From positions 1 to 44,391 of the IMG/VR virus record IMGVR_UViG_3300020045_001573: a DNA stretch of 44,391 bases, one strand, 5' to 3'. The position numbers and the translations under genes are program-made. Shown in pieces: positions 24,710 through 34,258 of this stretch. Each line of letters begins with the position of its first letter. Position 1 is the stretch's first letter. The stretch is from a virus (lineage: Duplodnaviria; Caudoviricetes). The notes below the pieces were generated by a model. The model did not search any database. It saw only the letters and a program-made list of their open reading frames with translations, and was not told where the DNA came from.

Positions 24710-25177
24710 TTAATTATTTTCGTTACGTAACCAATCCGCCATAAGCAAAGCCTCAGCCCGTCCGTGGTGTTTAACCAGCTTTAACGGGGCTGTAGGCCAC
24801 TTGGAACGGGCTAGTTCTAGGCTTGCTTTCTTATCCGTACCTATTAGCCCGTGGTGCTTTTTCCACTTTTGCGGTGTGACAAACTCGTAAGGGTAGAGCA
24901 ACAGGTCAACCACGGTTTCAATGCAGCCCGTAGCCCTCATAAACTTTCCAGTGCTGGACATTCCCTGTCCTGGACGCACGAAAACGCTTTCAATGACAAA
25001 TTCGGCATCGTTTCCGTGGTTGCGGATAATCTCTTGCAGGGCTATTTTTAACACCCGTGGCAATACACGCTCGCCATTGCTTTCGATGTCAAAACAGTGA
25101 ATGTACTCTCCATTGTGGTCAATAGCGCCGATGGCTCCAGTATTAAGGCCGGGGTCGCAGCCGATGTATATAGTCAC
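24710..25177 (-). CDS. RuvC-like Holliday junction resolvase
   Basis: IGCDPGLNTG...VIE...VTPQKWKK...HGRAEALLMA. Confidence 0.85.
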   Translation of the reverse strand: MTIYIGCDPGLNTGAIGAIDHNGEYIHCFDIESNGERVLPRVLKIALQEIIRNHGNDAEFVIESVFVRPGQGMSSTGKFMRATGCIETVVDLLLYPYEFVTPQKWKKHHGLIGTDKKASLELARSKWPTAPLKLVKHHGRAEALLMADWLRNENN

Positions 25178-25344
25178 TCTTCACCCCGCATAACGGCTTC
25201 AATGCGGGATAGCTTGATCTTGCAATCGACTAGCTCGTAAAGTGCTTCGCCATAGGCGTCAAACGCTTTAGCTGATTTTTCACGCTCAGCGGCTAATAGC
25301 GCTCTAAGCTTGTCCATTTGTAGCAGTTCTTTTTTTGTCATCAT
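25174..25344 (-). CDS. small coiled-coil protein (56 aa, not in ORF track)
   Basis: ATGA/GTGA coupling; MMTKKELLQMDKLRALLAAEREK... Confidence 0.55.
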   Translation of the reverse strand: MMTKKELLQMDKLRALLAAEREKSAKAFDAYGEALYELVDCKIKLSRIEAVMRGEE

Positions 25345-26936
25345 TCTGTTTTACTCCAAACTCTATCAATAACGTTAAAAAATTTACCGTTTTTCTTGTG
25401 GCTTATCATGGTTGGTGGCTTTCCGTTGGTAAGGTCAAAGGCGCATTGATCTAGGTCTTCACATACCGTTACGCCTGCTCGTTTCGCCATGTCTGCAACC
25501 GTTTGCCTTGCCTTTATCCCGGCATAGTTTGTATGGTTGACTGCGTGATATTCCACAATCGCCGGGGTTGACAGTCCGCCATAATACCGGACTTGGAGCA
25601 TATCTAGGCCACTGGTTCGGCTTGTATGCTTTTTCCATGCCCAGCTTGTGACTTGCATTTCGGTGGGTTCGATACCCATGATGTCCTCCGACCTGAGATA
25701 TACCTCTTTTGGTTTTTCCTCTGGTGGCGGGAACTGGTGTCCACATGCGTCGCACTGTCTGACGCTTGCATGGCATAGTTCGTCACAGTTTGGGCAGGTC
25801 TTTGTTGGTGCTATTCCTGAGCCTTTACCGCCTCGCTTTGGTGGTGTTATTTTGGTTATTGGTCCGTGCGTGGCTACGTTTCCGGCGAAGTCTAGAACCA
25901 TGCAGTCGGTTTTTCCTTCGTTGATTCTCAAACCACGTCCCGCCATTTGGTAGTAGAGTCCAGGCGATAGTGTGGGGCGCAAAAACACAATACAGTCAAT
26001 ACATGGCGCATCAAAACCAGTTGTCAAAATCCCCATGTTGGTGACTGCCTGAATTTTCCCGGCTTTGAAGTCTTTCAGGATGCGGTCACGTTCTGCACTT
26101 GGTGTGTTTCCTGTTACTGATTCGGCGCTTATTCCATGTTCTCGCAACATATCGCGCACGTCTTCGCTGTGCTGTACACCAGCACAAAACACAATCCAGC
26201 TCTTACGGTCTTTTGCGCGTTCTATCGTCTCTAAAACGGCCTTGACGTTGTTGTCATTGGTGTTCATGGCCACTTCTAGCGACCGTCCGATAAATTCGCC
26301 ACCTGATTTTTTCACGCCTTCGGTTGATAGCGTCATAGATGTGTGCTTACTTCGCAATGGTGCAAGGTAGCCACTCTCGATAAGCTCCAGAATTGAAACT
26401 GGTTCAATCAAGTCAGAGAAAATAACTTCATCGCCTTCGTGGATCATCCCATGCCCTAAACGGTACGGGCTTGCCGTCAAACCTATAACCCGCATATCTG
26501 GATTGATATCTAGCAGGTCAGCGATTAAACGGCGATAGGTGCCGTTTTCTGTTGGACTGATTGAATGGCATTCATCCACAATTAACAGGTCAATATGGCC
26601 TATTTGCTTGCCTCGTTTTGCTACGCTTTGCACACCTGCAAAAACAATAGGCTCTGTCAGGCAATACCGTTTCAGGCTTGCAGAATAGATGCCCATCGGC
26701 GCATTAGGCCAGTGCTGGCGCATTTTTTCAGCGTTCTGGCTGATTAATTCCTTGCTATGCGTCAACATCAAAACCCGCGTACCGGGCCATGACTGTATGG
26801 CGTCTTTAACCAATGCGGCGATGATGTGAGACTTTCCAGCGCCGGTTGGCAGGACTAAGCAAGGGTTCCCATCGTTACCGGCTGAAAACCACTCGTAGAG
26901 CATGTCAATGCTGCGTTGTTGGTATTCGCGCAGCAT
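25341..26936 (-). CDS. SF2 DEAD/DEAH helicase (RadD/YejH-like) with Zn ribbon
   Basis: LPTGAGKS, DECH, GLTASP, QMAGRGLR, CPNC..CDAC. Confidence 0.92.
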   Translation of the reverse strand: MLREYQQRSIDMLYEWFSAGNDGNPCLVLPTGAGKSHIIAALVKDAIQSWPGTRVLMLTHSKELISQNAEKMRQHWPNAPMGIYSASLKRYCLTEPIVFAGVQSVAKRGKQIGHIDLLIVDECHSISPTENGTYRRLIADLLDINPDMRVIGLTASPYRLGHGMIHEGDEVIFSDLIEPVSILELIESGYLAPLRSKHTSMTLSTEGVKKSGGEFIGRSLEVAMNTNDNNVKAVLETIERAKDRKSWIVFCAGVQHSEDVRDMLREHGISAESVTGNTPSAERDRILKDFKAGKIQAVTNMGILTTGFDAPCIDCIVFLRPTLSPGLYYQMAGRGLRINEGKTDCMVLDFAGNVATHGPITKITPPKRGGKGSGIAPTKTCPNCDELCHASVRQCDACGHQFPPPEEKPKEVYLRSEDIMGIEPTEMQVTSWAWKKHTSRTSGLDMLQVRYYGGLSTPAIVEYHAVNHTNYAGIKARQTVADMAKRAGVTVCEDLDQCAFDLTNGKPPTMISHKKNGKFFNVIDRVWSKTE

Positions 26937-27211
26937 TAGAAGTAATCTCCTGAAATCATAGCCTCAGAATCACTACAGCCAGTTGACCCCATAACTTCAT
27001 ATTCGTTATATCGTTTTTTGCTTTTTGAGATCCATTTCAAAAGTCTAATGTGCTGTCGTTGTGCTGCAATTTTTTCCTTCATTCGTATCATTGTTTAATA
27101 TTGTTTTTCAGAGCAAAAACCCTGTTTTTCAACAGAAACGGCAAAGCTTGACCATCCGTACCCAATTTGGCATAGGTAATCCATTATTTTTCGTTGATCT
27201 TTTGTAAACAT
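26936..27211 (-). pseudogene. 91-codon gene interrupted by one in-frame TAA
   Basis: TAATG-coupled at both ends; single TAA at 27095-27097. Confidence 0.65.
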
Positions 27212-28203
27212 TAGCCGACAACCCTAGCATCAAACTCACTAAAATTCTCACGCACGCCAGACGCGCACGCCTGCCAATTAGCCAAAATCTCGCGGCTTAA
27301 ATAGCCCTCTGGTGAGTTATGTATCGGTCCTTCTTTTGTCAACCAGATAACGCCTGTTGAAGCAACTTCATGATCCCAGTCTGGTGTTAGATCGGGATGA
27401 ATAACATGGTTGTCGCACCCTTCAAGTTGTGCATTCAAGTCTGGTATTGTCATTCCATAATGTACGCATAGCCAAGTACTATCATCCATTGCGGTGCTAT
27501 GAGCGCATGTTCTACAGTTCACCTCTTTGGTGAGTTTTTCACCAAAACAGAGATCCCGCGCTGCGCAAAACTTACATTCAAACCACGAAGAATCCGTGCT
27601 AATTCCAGCCGGTGCTCGGTCAGCTTTAACGATGCGGTGGCCGCGTTTAATGGCCTTTTCAGCCACGTCAGCATTGAATGGCACCTGTTCTATGTATATC
27701 TCATCGTTGTCCTTGCATACCATCACAAACAAGGCATGATTTATCTGTTTTCCACTCATATAAAGGTGGACTTGACTCCAGTATGTAGGGTTGGCCTTTT
27801 GCAACCCGTCTTTTTGCATAGCCTTAAACTTCTTTAAGCTGGCCGTCTTAATCTCTAGGATGTGTTTTTCTTTGGAGTTACCCGGCACGCCAGACTCAAT
27901 GATGCCGTCAATCGACCCTGATACATGGCATCCAAAATCTACCCGGCTTTGATTCGTGCCAGTGCTGACAATTTTCATGCCAATGTTTTGAAGGTCAGAT
28001 ACGACTGTGCGCTCCTCTAGCTGTCCACGGCGAAACAAGCGCAGGATTCGACCGGGGAATTTTTCAATAACGGCGAAGCGAAACGAAAACCAAAGGTAAC
28101 GATCACACGCATGGCCAAGCTGCGAGCATCCCATGTGGCCACGCGGGCCTTCTTGGTTGGCTTCGTGGTGCGCGTCGATTAGCTCTTGAATGTCTTGTGA
28201 CAT
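27211..28203 (-). CDS. Cas4-like PD-(D/E)XK exonuclease
   Basis: N-terminal Cys, GSIDG, LEIKT, QVHLYM, CKFC.....C (Fe-S cluster pattern). Confidence 0.85.
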   Translation of the reverse strand: MSQDIQELIDAHHEANQEGPRGHMGCSQLGHACDRYLWFSFRFAVIEKFPGRILRLFRRGQLEERTVVSDLQNIGMKIVSTGTNQSRVDFGCHVSGSIDGIIESGVPGNSKEKHILEIKTASLKKFKAMQKDGLQKANPTYWSQVHLYMSGKQINHALFVMVCKDNDEIYIEQVPFNADVAEKAIKRGHRIVKADRAPAGISTDSSWFECKFCAARDLCFGEKLTKEVNCRTCAHSTAMDDSTWLCVHYGMTIPDLNAQLEGCDNHVIHPDLTPDWDHEVASTGVIWLTKEGPIHNSPEGYLSREILANWQACASGVRENFSEFDARVVG

Positions 28204-28225
28204 TGTTTGTCCTTTTTGTTGATAG

Positions 28226-28249
28226 AAAAACCCGCTGATTAGGCGGGTT
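28226..28249 (-). terminator. Rho-independent terminator after the methyltransferase
   Basis: - strand AACCCGCC-TAATC-AGCGGGTTTTT. Confidence 0.7.
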
Positions 28250-28256
28250 ACGCATC

Positions 28257-29303
28257 TTAATCCATTAAATCAGGTTCTGACGCAAACATTGATTCTTGTT
28301 TGAAATTGTTTTCACCATCAAACCGCTTGGAGGCCAGTGATAGGTTGATCTTGGCTTGTTTGAAGTAGCTGTCTTTTAGCTCGATGCCAATGGCTTTGCG
28401 GCCCATTGATACTGGACTGTAAACCTCAGAGCCTACGCCCATAAACGGGGTTAAAACAACTTCTCCAGCGTTGCTATACAAGTCAACCAAGCGGTCAATA
28501 ACGTCTAATTGAAGAGGGTGTACGTGCTTTTCGTCATCCTCTTCTTTGGAGTCTCGGAACGGCAACACGTTGTCAACTCGAATGTCATCCCATACGCTTG
28601 ACGCATAACGCTGCCAAATATAGTGAGACAGCTTATTGCTTCTCGGGTCTTTGTGGTCGTGGTAGTTATTATTCAAAAACTCCCAAAGCTGTTCACTATT
28701 ATATTTTGTCTCATTTGTATTGTTAAAAATACGCAGCATTTCCGGCAAAATTGGTGTCAATCCTGAGTAGCGCTTGAATCCTTCGGGGTGCGTTACAGGT
28801 ACTTCGTTCTCGCCATTTTTTGTAAACACTAAAACATAATCAGGCATTGCCGTGAAACACTTTGTAGAGTCCTCAATAATGAACTTGTGCATAAGGCTTT
28901 GAACCATTGTGCGGGTGCGAACTTTAAGCGGTTCTTTCCAGATTGTGATGCGATTGCGGTATGTAAACCCGTGCTTTTTGTGGATGCTGATAATCTCGTG
29001 AGGAAAATCCCAAAGGCGCGAAGCATGGTCAAAAATATCAGTACAGTGGACGGCGTTAATCCGTCCGGGCTTTGTAACTCGTGCAAGTTCAGCAATCAAA
29101 AAGTCATATTGCTCTAAAAATTGCTCACGCGTATCGCAGTTTGAAAAGTCATTAGGGCTGCTTGTGTATGCGTATAAACCGCAAAACGGGGGTGAGTAAA
29201 TAACTAGATCGGCTGAATTATCGGGGAGTGTTGGCAATACGGCCATGCAATCGCTGTTATAGATGGCATATTCTGGCGTGATGATCTGGTCTTTTGTTTT
29301 CAT
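28257..29303 (-). CDS. DNA amino-methyltransferase, beta class (likely N4-C)
   Basis: catalytic SPPF near the N-terminus; HVHPL...VLTPFMGVGS SAM motif near the C-terminus. Confidence 0.88.
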   Translation of the reverse strand: MKTKDQIITPEYAIYNSDCMAVLPTLPDNSADLVIYSPPFCGLYAYTSSPNDFSNCDTREQFLEQYDFLIAELARVTKPGRINAVHCTDIFDHASRLWDFPHEIISIHKKHGFTYRNRITIWKEPLKVRTRTMVQSLMHKFIIEDSTKCFTAMPDYVLVFTKNGENEVPVTHPEGFKRYSGLTPILPEMLRIFNNTNETKYNSEQLWEFLNNNYHDHKDPRSNKLSHYIWQRYASSVWDDIRVDNVLPFRDSKEEDDEKHVHPLQLDVIDRLVDLYSNAGEVVLTPFMGVGSEVYSPVSMGRKAIGIELKDSYFKQAKINLSLASKRFDGENNFKQESMFASEPDLMD

Positions 29304-30670
29304 GATAAAAATCCCGGTAGTTGAATTGATTTGTTGAACTCTTTTTTAGTGAAACTAAAATCTCGGTTTGCAGCTTCGACAAGGTTTGAATAAAGCTCAA
29401 TGGCCTTTTGTGTCTTTTGCTCCAAAGCCTCTAAAACACGTTCTTGGCCTTCGCTGATAACCATGTCGCATACTACCTCTGACTTTTGGCCAAAGCGCCA
29501 AAAACGCCGGATAGATTGGTAATATTGTTCATAACTCCAAGTTGGGAAAAACACCGTGTGATTGCAGTGCTGCCAATTTAGGCCCATTGAAGTCATTCTG
29601 GCCTTTGTTATTAGGCGCTTAATGTCACCACTGGCGAATGATTGCAGAATGTCCTCTTTTTTGTCGATTGACATACCGCCGATAATCTCTACCGCGTCAC
29701 GGTCAAGTTCTGAAAGTAGTGCGCTTTCATCGTTCAGGTTGCACCAGTAAACCGATGTTTTACCGTCTGCAAGTTGCACGGCTTTCTCGCATCTATTTTT
29801 TACCGTGAGTTTTTGCTCGTTACGAACTTCTGTCATTGTCCGAGCTGGTGAAACAAAAAGTGACTGCTGATCGTCAATTGTCCACTGCGCATCGTTATGC
29901 ACGATATGTCGGTTTGAATGCAGTTCTGGTAACTTGTATCGGTCATCACTAAAGCCAAGATCAGACGGTTTTTTCACCATAATCGACCACTGATTAACCC
30001 ACCCGAAAAAGTCTTTTTCAGCGTGAGACAATAGCCGAAACTTGTTACCAATGTTGCGGTTATTGCTGTCAACATCGTTTTGAGTGCTTTTGAAAAAACG
30101 CCCAAGCATATCCATGTAACCCATGTACCCAAGCGCCTCAGAGCTATTGCCAAGCTCAATAAAGTCATTCGGGCTTGGTGTGGCTGTGCTCAGAAAACGA
30201 TACGGAACGCGCTTGATAAACGCCACGATAGCGTATCTTGTTTTACCTGCGAAGTTCTTCAAAATCCCTGATTCGTCCAGAATGACGCAAACAAAGTCGT
30301 CAGGGTTTAACAGGTGCAAACGTTCATAGTTGCACACGACAATGTTTTTTGTGAACTTGCCATCTTTGCTGTGCTCAATGTCATCTACTCCAATGCGTTC
30401 AGCTTCTTTGATAAACTGGAAAGCCACGGCCAAAGGCGTGAGAATCAAAACGCGCTTATTAGTCTTGCGGATGATGTTTTCAGCGATTGTGATGCTGATT
30501 AATGTCTTACCAAGTCCGGTGTCAGCAAACACCCCGATACGGCCTTTTCGTAGTGCCTTCGTGATAATGTGTTGCTGAAAATCAAACGCTGATTCAGGCA
30601 TCCAAATTGGTTCAAAACCAAAGTTGCCAGTAGTGTGTGTTTTGTTTTTTATGAAGTCGGCATAACTCAT
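29300..30670 (-). CDS. SNF2-like SF2 helicase/ATPase
   Basis: ADTGLGKT, LDES, TATPSPN, GLNWQ, QSIRRFWRFGQ. Confidence 0.88.
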   Translation of the reverse strand: MSYADFIKNKTHTTGNFGFEPIWMPESAFDFQQHIITKALRKGRIGVFADTGLGKTLISITIAENIIRKTNKRVLILTPLAVAFQFIKEAERIGVDDIEHSKDGKFTKNIVVCNYERLHLLNPDDFVCVILDESGILKNFAGKTRYAIVAFIKRVPYRFLSTATPSPNDFIELGNSSEALGYMGYMDMLGRFFKSTQNDVDSNNRNIGNKFRLLSHAEKDFFGWVNQWSIMVKKPSDLGFSDDRYKLPELHSNRHIVHNDAQWTIDDQQSLFVSPARTMTEVRNEQKLTVKNRCEKAVQLADGKTSVYWCNLNDESALLSELDRDAVEIIGGMSIDKKEDILQSFASGDIKRLITKARMTSMGLNWQHCNHTVFFPTWSYEQYYQSIRRFWRFGQKSEVVCDMVISEGQERVLEALEQKTQKAIELYSNLVEAANRDFSFTKKEFNKSIQLPGFLS

Positions 30671-30690
30671 AACATTCCTTTTTGTTGTTG

Positions 30691-30713
30691 AAAAAACCCA
30701 CCTAAGCGGGTTT
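30691..30713 (-). terminator. terminator-like hairpin after the SSB gene
   Basis: - strand AAACCCGCTTAGGTGGGTTTTTT. Confidence 0.65.
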
Positions 30714-30732
30714 CTTATTGTAGCTCAAAAAC

Positions 30733-31281
30733 CTATTTTTTAGCCCAAGGAGGTGATTTACTTGCTGGTGCTGGCGTTGCCTGTCGTTGTGGTGCTGGCG
30801 CTGGTTGACGTGGTGCAGGTGCTTGTGCTGGTGTGCCGCCTGTTAGTGGCTTGTAAGCCTTTACATCGTTTCCAGCTTTGTATTTTTCCACCTTGTTACC
30901 GCGATCATCGGTTTCATATACGGCATCTTTGACTACCAATTTAACCAACATTTGACCTCCTAAAAGCTGGTCGGTATCTTCAAATGTTGCCGCCTGAATT
31001 CCGAGAATTCGCAGAATGTCACCAAGCTGACCCCGGCCAATAGCCTCCGCCTTTTGGCTTTGGTTTTGAATGTTCAGCTTTCCAAAAACAACGCGCCCCA
31101 TGTTCGTTGGGCCATCTACAATCATTTTCATATTGATGTACGTGCCGTCGCCTTTGTTGGTTTGCTTAAGGTCAGCGCCGTCGATAGTGACGCTGTATTC
31201 CCCGGTGGGCAGTGGTGAAAAGTCGCCGTCACCAGTGGATTGAAGGTCATCGTCCGTGAATTGAATGCCAATATGTGCCAT
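30733..31281 (-). CDS. DUF669-family single-stranded DNA-binding protein
   Basis: FSPLPTGEY...G.YI...GRVVF..LNI...NDVKAYK; Pro/Ala tail ending PPWAKK. Confidence 0.8.
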   Translation of the reverse strand: MAHIGIQFTDDDLQSTGDGDFSPLPTGEYSVTIDGADLKQTNKGDGTYINMKMIVDGPTNMGRVVFGKLNIQNQSQKAEAIGRGQLGDILRILGIQAATFEDTDQLLGGQMLVKLVVKDAVYETDDRGNKVEKYKAGNDVKAYKPLTGGTPAQAPAPRQPAPAPQRQATPAPASKSPPWAKK

Positions 31282-31286
31282 GTTGT

Positions 31287-31676
31287 TTATTCCTTATTTA
31301 CCGTAGTGATTGAAAATGATGGCCGTGAAGCCGTTGTTGTGATAGCTTTTGAGAGCTGTTGCGTTACTTCTTTTGGCGCATTTTTCCATGCAGTCAGATT
31401 GATGTCAGGTTTCCAGCGAAACAACTGAGTAAGGTATGCGCCCATGTCGTTTTCGCTTGCGATTTCCTGAACCAGATCAGCGTCAACCTTTCGGTTTAAG
31501 CGGGTTGTCACTTTGACTGTAAAGTCATCCAGTTTAGTCGTTTGCACTGCGTCTAGGCGGTCGTCAACCTTCAGTGCTTCGCTTAGTTGATCTTCAATTG
31601 ATCGGCGTCGTTCTTGCGATTCGTGTTCGTCTGACTTGGCTTTTAGCCATTGTTTGGATAGTTCTGAGGTGTTCAT
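31287..31676 (-). CDS. conserved recombination-module protein
   Basis: WLKAK..E....RR.IED...FRWKPDIN..AWK...RPSFSI; lies between the ATPase and SSB. Confidence 0.7.
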   Translation of the reverse strand: MNTSELSKQWLKAKSDEHESQERRRSIEDQLSEALKVDDRLDAVQTTKLDDFTVKVTTRLNRKVDADLVQEIASENDMGAYLTQLFRWKPDINLTAWKNAPKEVTQQLSKAITTTASRPSFSITTVNKE

Positions 31677-32413
31677 AATACGGCTTTCACCATTGCATCA
31701 TTAAAAGAATTCCAGTTCAGCGAAAAGCTATCAGGCAAGCTGTAGCGATTCTTTGCGAGATACGCTGGCTTTTCTTGGGTAAAGATCATGCGCTCACCAT
31801 TGCTGATGGCTCGTCCGCGTTCTTTGTTAAAGCCTAAGTCTTCTTTCTTGACGACCGTCTTGTAATTTGCAAAGAAAACACAATCTGCCCATTCCTGAAT
31901 AATTGCACTTGAGCGGGTTTGAAGCTTTGGTTGGTAACGGTCATAACTATCTACCTCGGGGCTATCGAAACGCTTAATCTCACTATGGCCAATGAGAATG
32001 ACGTTCATACCTTTATCGTTTCGCAGGGCGTTAAACCCGTCGAGAATGTCGCGCCACTTGTTGGCCAGATACATTGCCGCCCGGCCATAGGCGAGTTCTT
32101 TTGCATCATACTCGGCTTCAATCTCGCTGTTAAGCAAGTTCTCCAGCCAGTCTACAGTATCGAGTGCCACGGTCTGGTATTCGTGTTCCTCGGTATAGAG
32201 CGTCTGAATCATTTCCATCACGTCAGCGCTACTAGTGGCGATTGGAAAATGTGCCACGTCAAGTGCGTCTAGGCCATCTTCAGCGCAAATGAAAATCGGG
32301 TTTGGTGCTTGGCTTGCGAAGGTTGATTTTCCAATGCCGTGCGTGCTGTAAAGGAAAATACGAGGAGGGCGAAGGTTTTTGCCCTTCTTGATAGAGCTTA
32401 AGTCAATAGCCAT
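31673..32413 (-). CDS. Sak4-like AAA ATPase (AAA_24)
   Basis: HGIGKSTFA, LDTVDWLE, ILIGHS, EWADCVFF, AKNRY. Confidence 0.85.
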   Translation of the reverse strand: MAIDLSSIKKGKNLRPPRIFLYSTHGIGKSTFASQAPNPIFICAEDGLDALDVAHFPIATSSADVMEMIQTLYTEEHEYQTVALDTVDWLENLLNSEIEAEYDAKELAYGRAAMYLANKWRDILDGFNALRNDKGMNVILIGHSEIKRFDSPEVDSYDRYQPKLQTRSSAIIQEWADCVFFANYKTVVKKEDLGFNKERGRAISNGERMIFTQEKPAYLAKNRYSLPDSFSLNWNSFNDAMVKAVL

Positions 32414-32483
32414 GATGGTTCCTATCTGTTGAATTAGCCACCGTCTGACGGTCAGTTCGTGGCATGGTCTAAGTGTAGCGCAA

Positions 32484-32741
32484 TTACTGGGTGTTTTTCC
32501 AAACGCTTGTAATATTTTTTGCAGAATTTGAGATTGTCATAACTTTTTCTTTTTGTGCTTCGCGTTTCATTCGCTCGGACTTGTAATCACGCTTTGACTT
32601 TGGCATTTCACCGTTGAAAATAGTCTCAATGGTTACGTACTTTTGAAAGCAACAATTGCACAGCCTTACTCTGTAGATCGTCGTTGGACTATAGCGCCTA
32701 GTTTCAATGACGCAGGATTGTGCGTTGTGTTGGCAGGTCAT
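32484..32741 (-). CDS. NrdR-like N-terminal Zn-ribbon protein
   Basis: C...SCVIETR....YRVRLCNCC...TIE. Confidence 0.6.
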   Translation of the reverse strand: MTCQHNAQSCVIETRRYSPTTIYRVRLCNCCFQKYVTIETIFNGEMPKSKRDYKSERMKREAQKEKVMTISNSAKNITSVWKNTQ

Positions 32742-33538
32742 ACTGAGACTTTCAACTTCACAAAGCTGTGTGACGCATAGTCATTAACTTCAAAATCACT
32801 TGGCTTGTAACCATCAATATCTACGTTTTCAGTTAGAAAAACAAGCTTTGTCGGGCAGTCAATAACGGGACGCTCAACCACCTCTTTCATGGCTTCAATG
32901 TGGTCATTATAGATGTGAGCGTCGCCATAGTTAAAGCTTAAATGTCGTGGTTTTAAGCCTGTTTGACGGGCTATCAAATGCGTTAGTAGTGCGTATTGAG
33001 CGATGTTAAATGGCGCTCCTAATGCTATGTCCCACGACCTTTGAGCTACCATTAAATCAAGGTGCCCGTCATTGCTGACGTAACATTGAAAATCTCTATG
33101 GCATGGAGGCAATGCCATAAATGGAAGATCGGCCACATTCCATGCGCTGACAATGTGGCGTCGGCTTCGTGGATTGTCTACCAATCCTTCAATCAATTTC
33201 TGTATCTGATCTACTAACTTGTTTCCACATCGGTCATCCCATTTGCGCCACTGAACACCATAGATAGGCCCAAGATTACCGCCAACATCCCAGTCATCCC
33301 ATAGCTTTGAACCATGTTCATGAAGATACTTGGTGTGATATTCACCACGTAAAAACCATAGCATTTCAAGGAATGCAGTCTTGTAACGTGTTTCCTTTAC
33401 AGTCACCAATGGTAGGCGCTCGCGTAAGTCAAAATCAATACGGCCACCAAAAACAGATAGCGTTCCTGTTCCTGTTCTGTCGATTCGTTGCTCTCCTGTT
33501 GATAGGATTCGCTTAACTAGTTCAACGTAGTTTTTCAT
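32738..33538 (-). CDS. thyA: thymidylate synthase
   Basis: DRTGTGT, LGPIYGVQWR, MALPPCH, QRS.D..LG.PFNIAQY, GDAHIYNDH. Confidence 0.95.
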   Translation of the reverse strand: MKNYVELVKRILSTGEQRIDRTGTGTLSVFGGRIDFDLRERLPLVTVKETRYKTAFLEMLWFLRGEYHTKYLHEHGSKLWDDWDVGGNLGPIYGVQWRKWDDRCGNKLVDQIQKLIEGLVDNPRSRRHIVSAWNVADLPFMALPPCHRDFQCYVSNDGHLDLMVAQRSWDIALGAPFNIAQYALLTHLIARQTGLKPRHLSFNYGDAHIYNDHIEAMKEVVERPVIDCPTKLVFLTENVDIDGYKPSDFEVNDYASHSFVKLKVSV

Positions 33539-33575
33539 TTGTCAGCTTCTGGCGTTGACCAGATTAATTTTGTGT

Positions 33576-33827
33576 TCATTTTAAGTTCCTGATTTGTTCT
33601 GAATACTTATCTGCGAAATTGAATCCGTGGTCATACTGCACTTCTTCGTAGATCAACTTTGCCATTTCTTCAAGCGCCTGTTTGCGGGATGCTTGCCAAG
33701 CTGTTTGCCATGTCTGCCAATGGTCTTCTACCGTTGGGCTTGCGTATTCAGTTTTGCACATGGAACTTTTACCGCAAGGCCATCCAATCAGTCTGAATTC
33801 AGCTTCAAACGCTTCTCTACTAGTCAT
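33576..33827 (-). CDS. hypothetical protein
   Basis: MTSREAFEA...WQTWQTAWQASR phage motif. Confidence 0.7.
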   Translation of the reverse strand: MTSREAFEAEFRLIGWPCGKSSMCKTEYASPTVEDHWQTWQTAWQASRKQALEEMAKLIYEEVQYDHGFNFADKYSEQIRNLK

Positions 33828-34258
33828 TTTGATTCTCCAATAATCTCAAATTCAATTCCGCATTCATCAAACAGTCTCTTAGTTCTAACTGTGCTCTCTA
33901 GCCACCTGTAATAAAATTCAGCGTCAGGAATGCCTGCTATAACCTTCACAATCCCAGCTTGTACGATAGCCCTTGCACAATCCATGCATGGCGGGTGAGT
34001 TACTACCAAAGTCGTTCCATTGGTTGAAAACCCAGCTTTAGCCGCTGCGTAAATAGCGTTTCGTTCTGCGTGTTCAAACCAGAAATACTTCTCTGGCCGT
34101 TCTCTTCGTTCGTCTTCGTCAGCATTGCATTTTCGTGGTGCGCCGTTATATCCCCACGGTCCACCCTCGCCATTTTTACCAATAATCACGGCTCCGACTT
34201 TTGTAGTGTCTTTGCTTAGTTGTGCTATGGCTTTGGCAATTTGTAGGTATTTGCTCAT
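33824..34258 (-). CDS. dCMP deaminase
   Basis: TKVGAVI, GYNG, HAERNAI, PCMDC. Confidence 0.92.
   Translation of the reverse strand: MSKYLQIAKAIAQLSKDTTKVGAVIIGKNGEGGPWGYNGAPRKCNADEDERRERPEKYFWFEHAERNAIYAAAKAGFSTNGTTLVVTHPPCMDCARAIVQAGIVKVIAGIPDAEFYYRWLESTVRTKRLFDECGIEFEIIGESK

Noticed and set aside
19979-27097. Stop-codon reassignment or suppression explaining the in-frame TAG (19979) and TAA (27095)
   Set aside because: TAA, TAG (e.g. 11022, 15861) and TGA all terminate conserved genes at expected lengths; only isolated cases seen
27211-28203. Cas4-like gene as part of a CRISPR-Cas system
   Set aside because: No cas1/cas2 or array; it sits in a Sak4-SSB-nuclease recombination module typical of phages
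32738-33538. ThyA homolog as a base-hypermodification enzyme (dCMP/dUMP hydroxymethylase)
   Set aside because: It retains the dUMP-specifying Asn in PFNIAQY and canonical ThyA motifs; no glycosyltransferase, kinase or phage polymerase in the window
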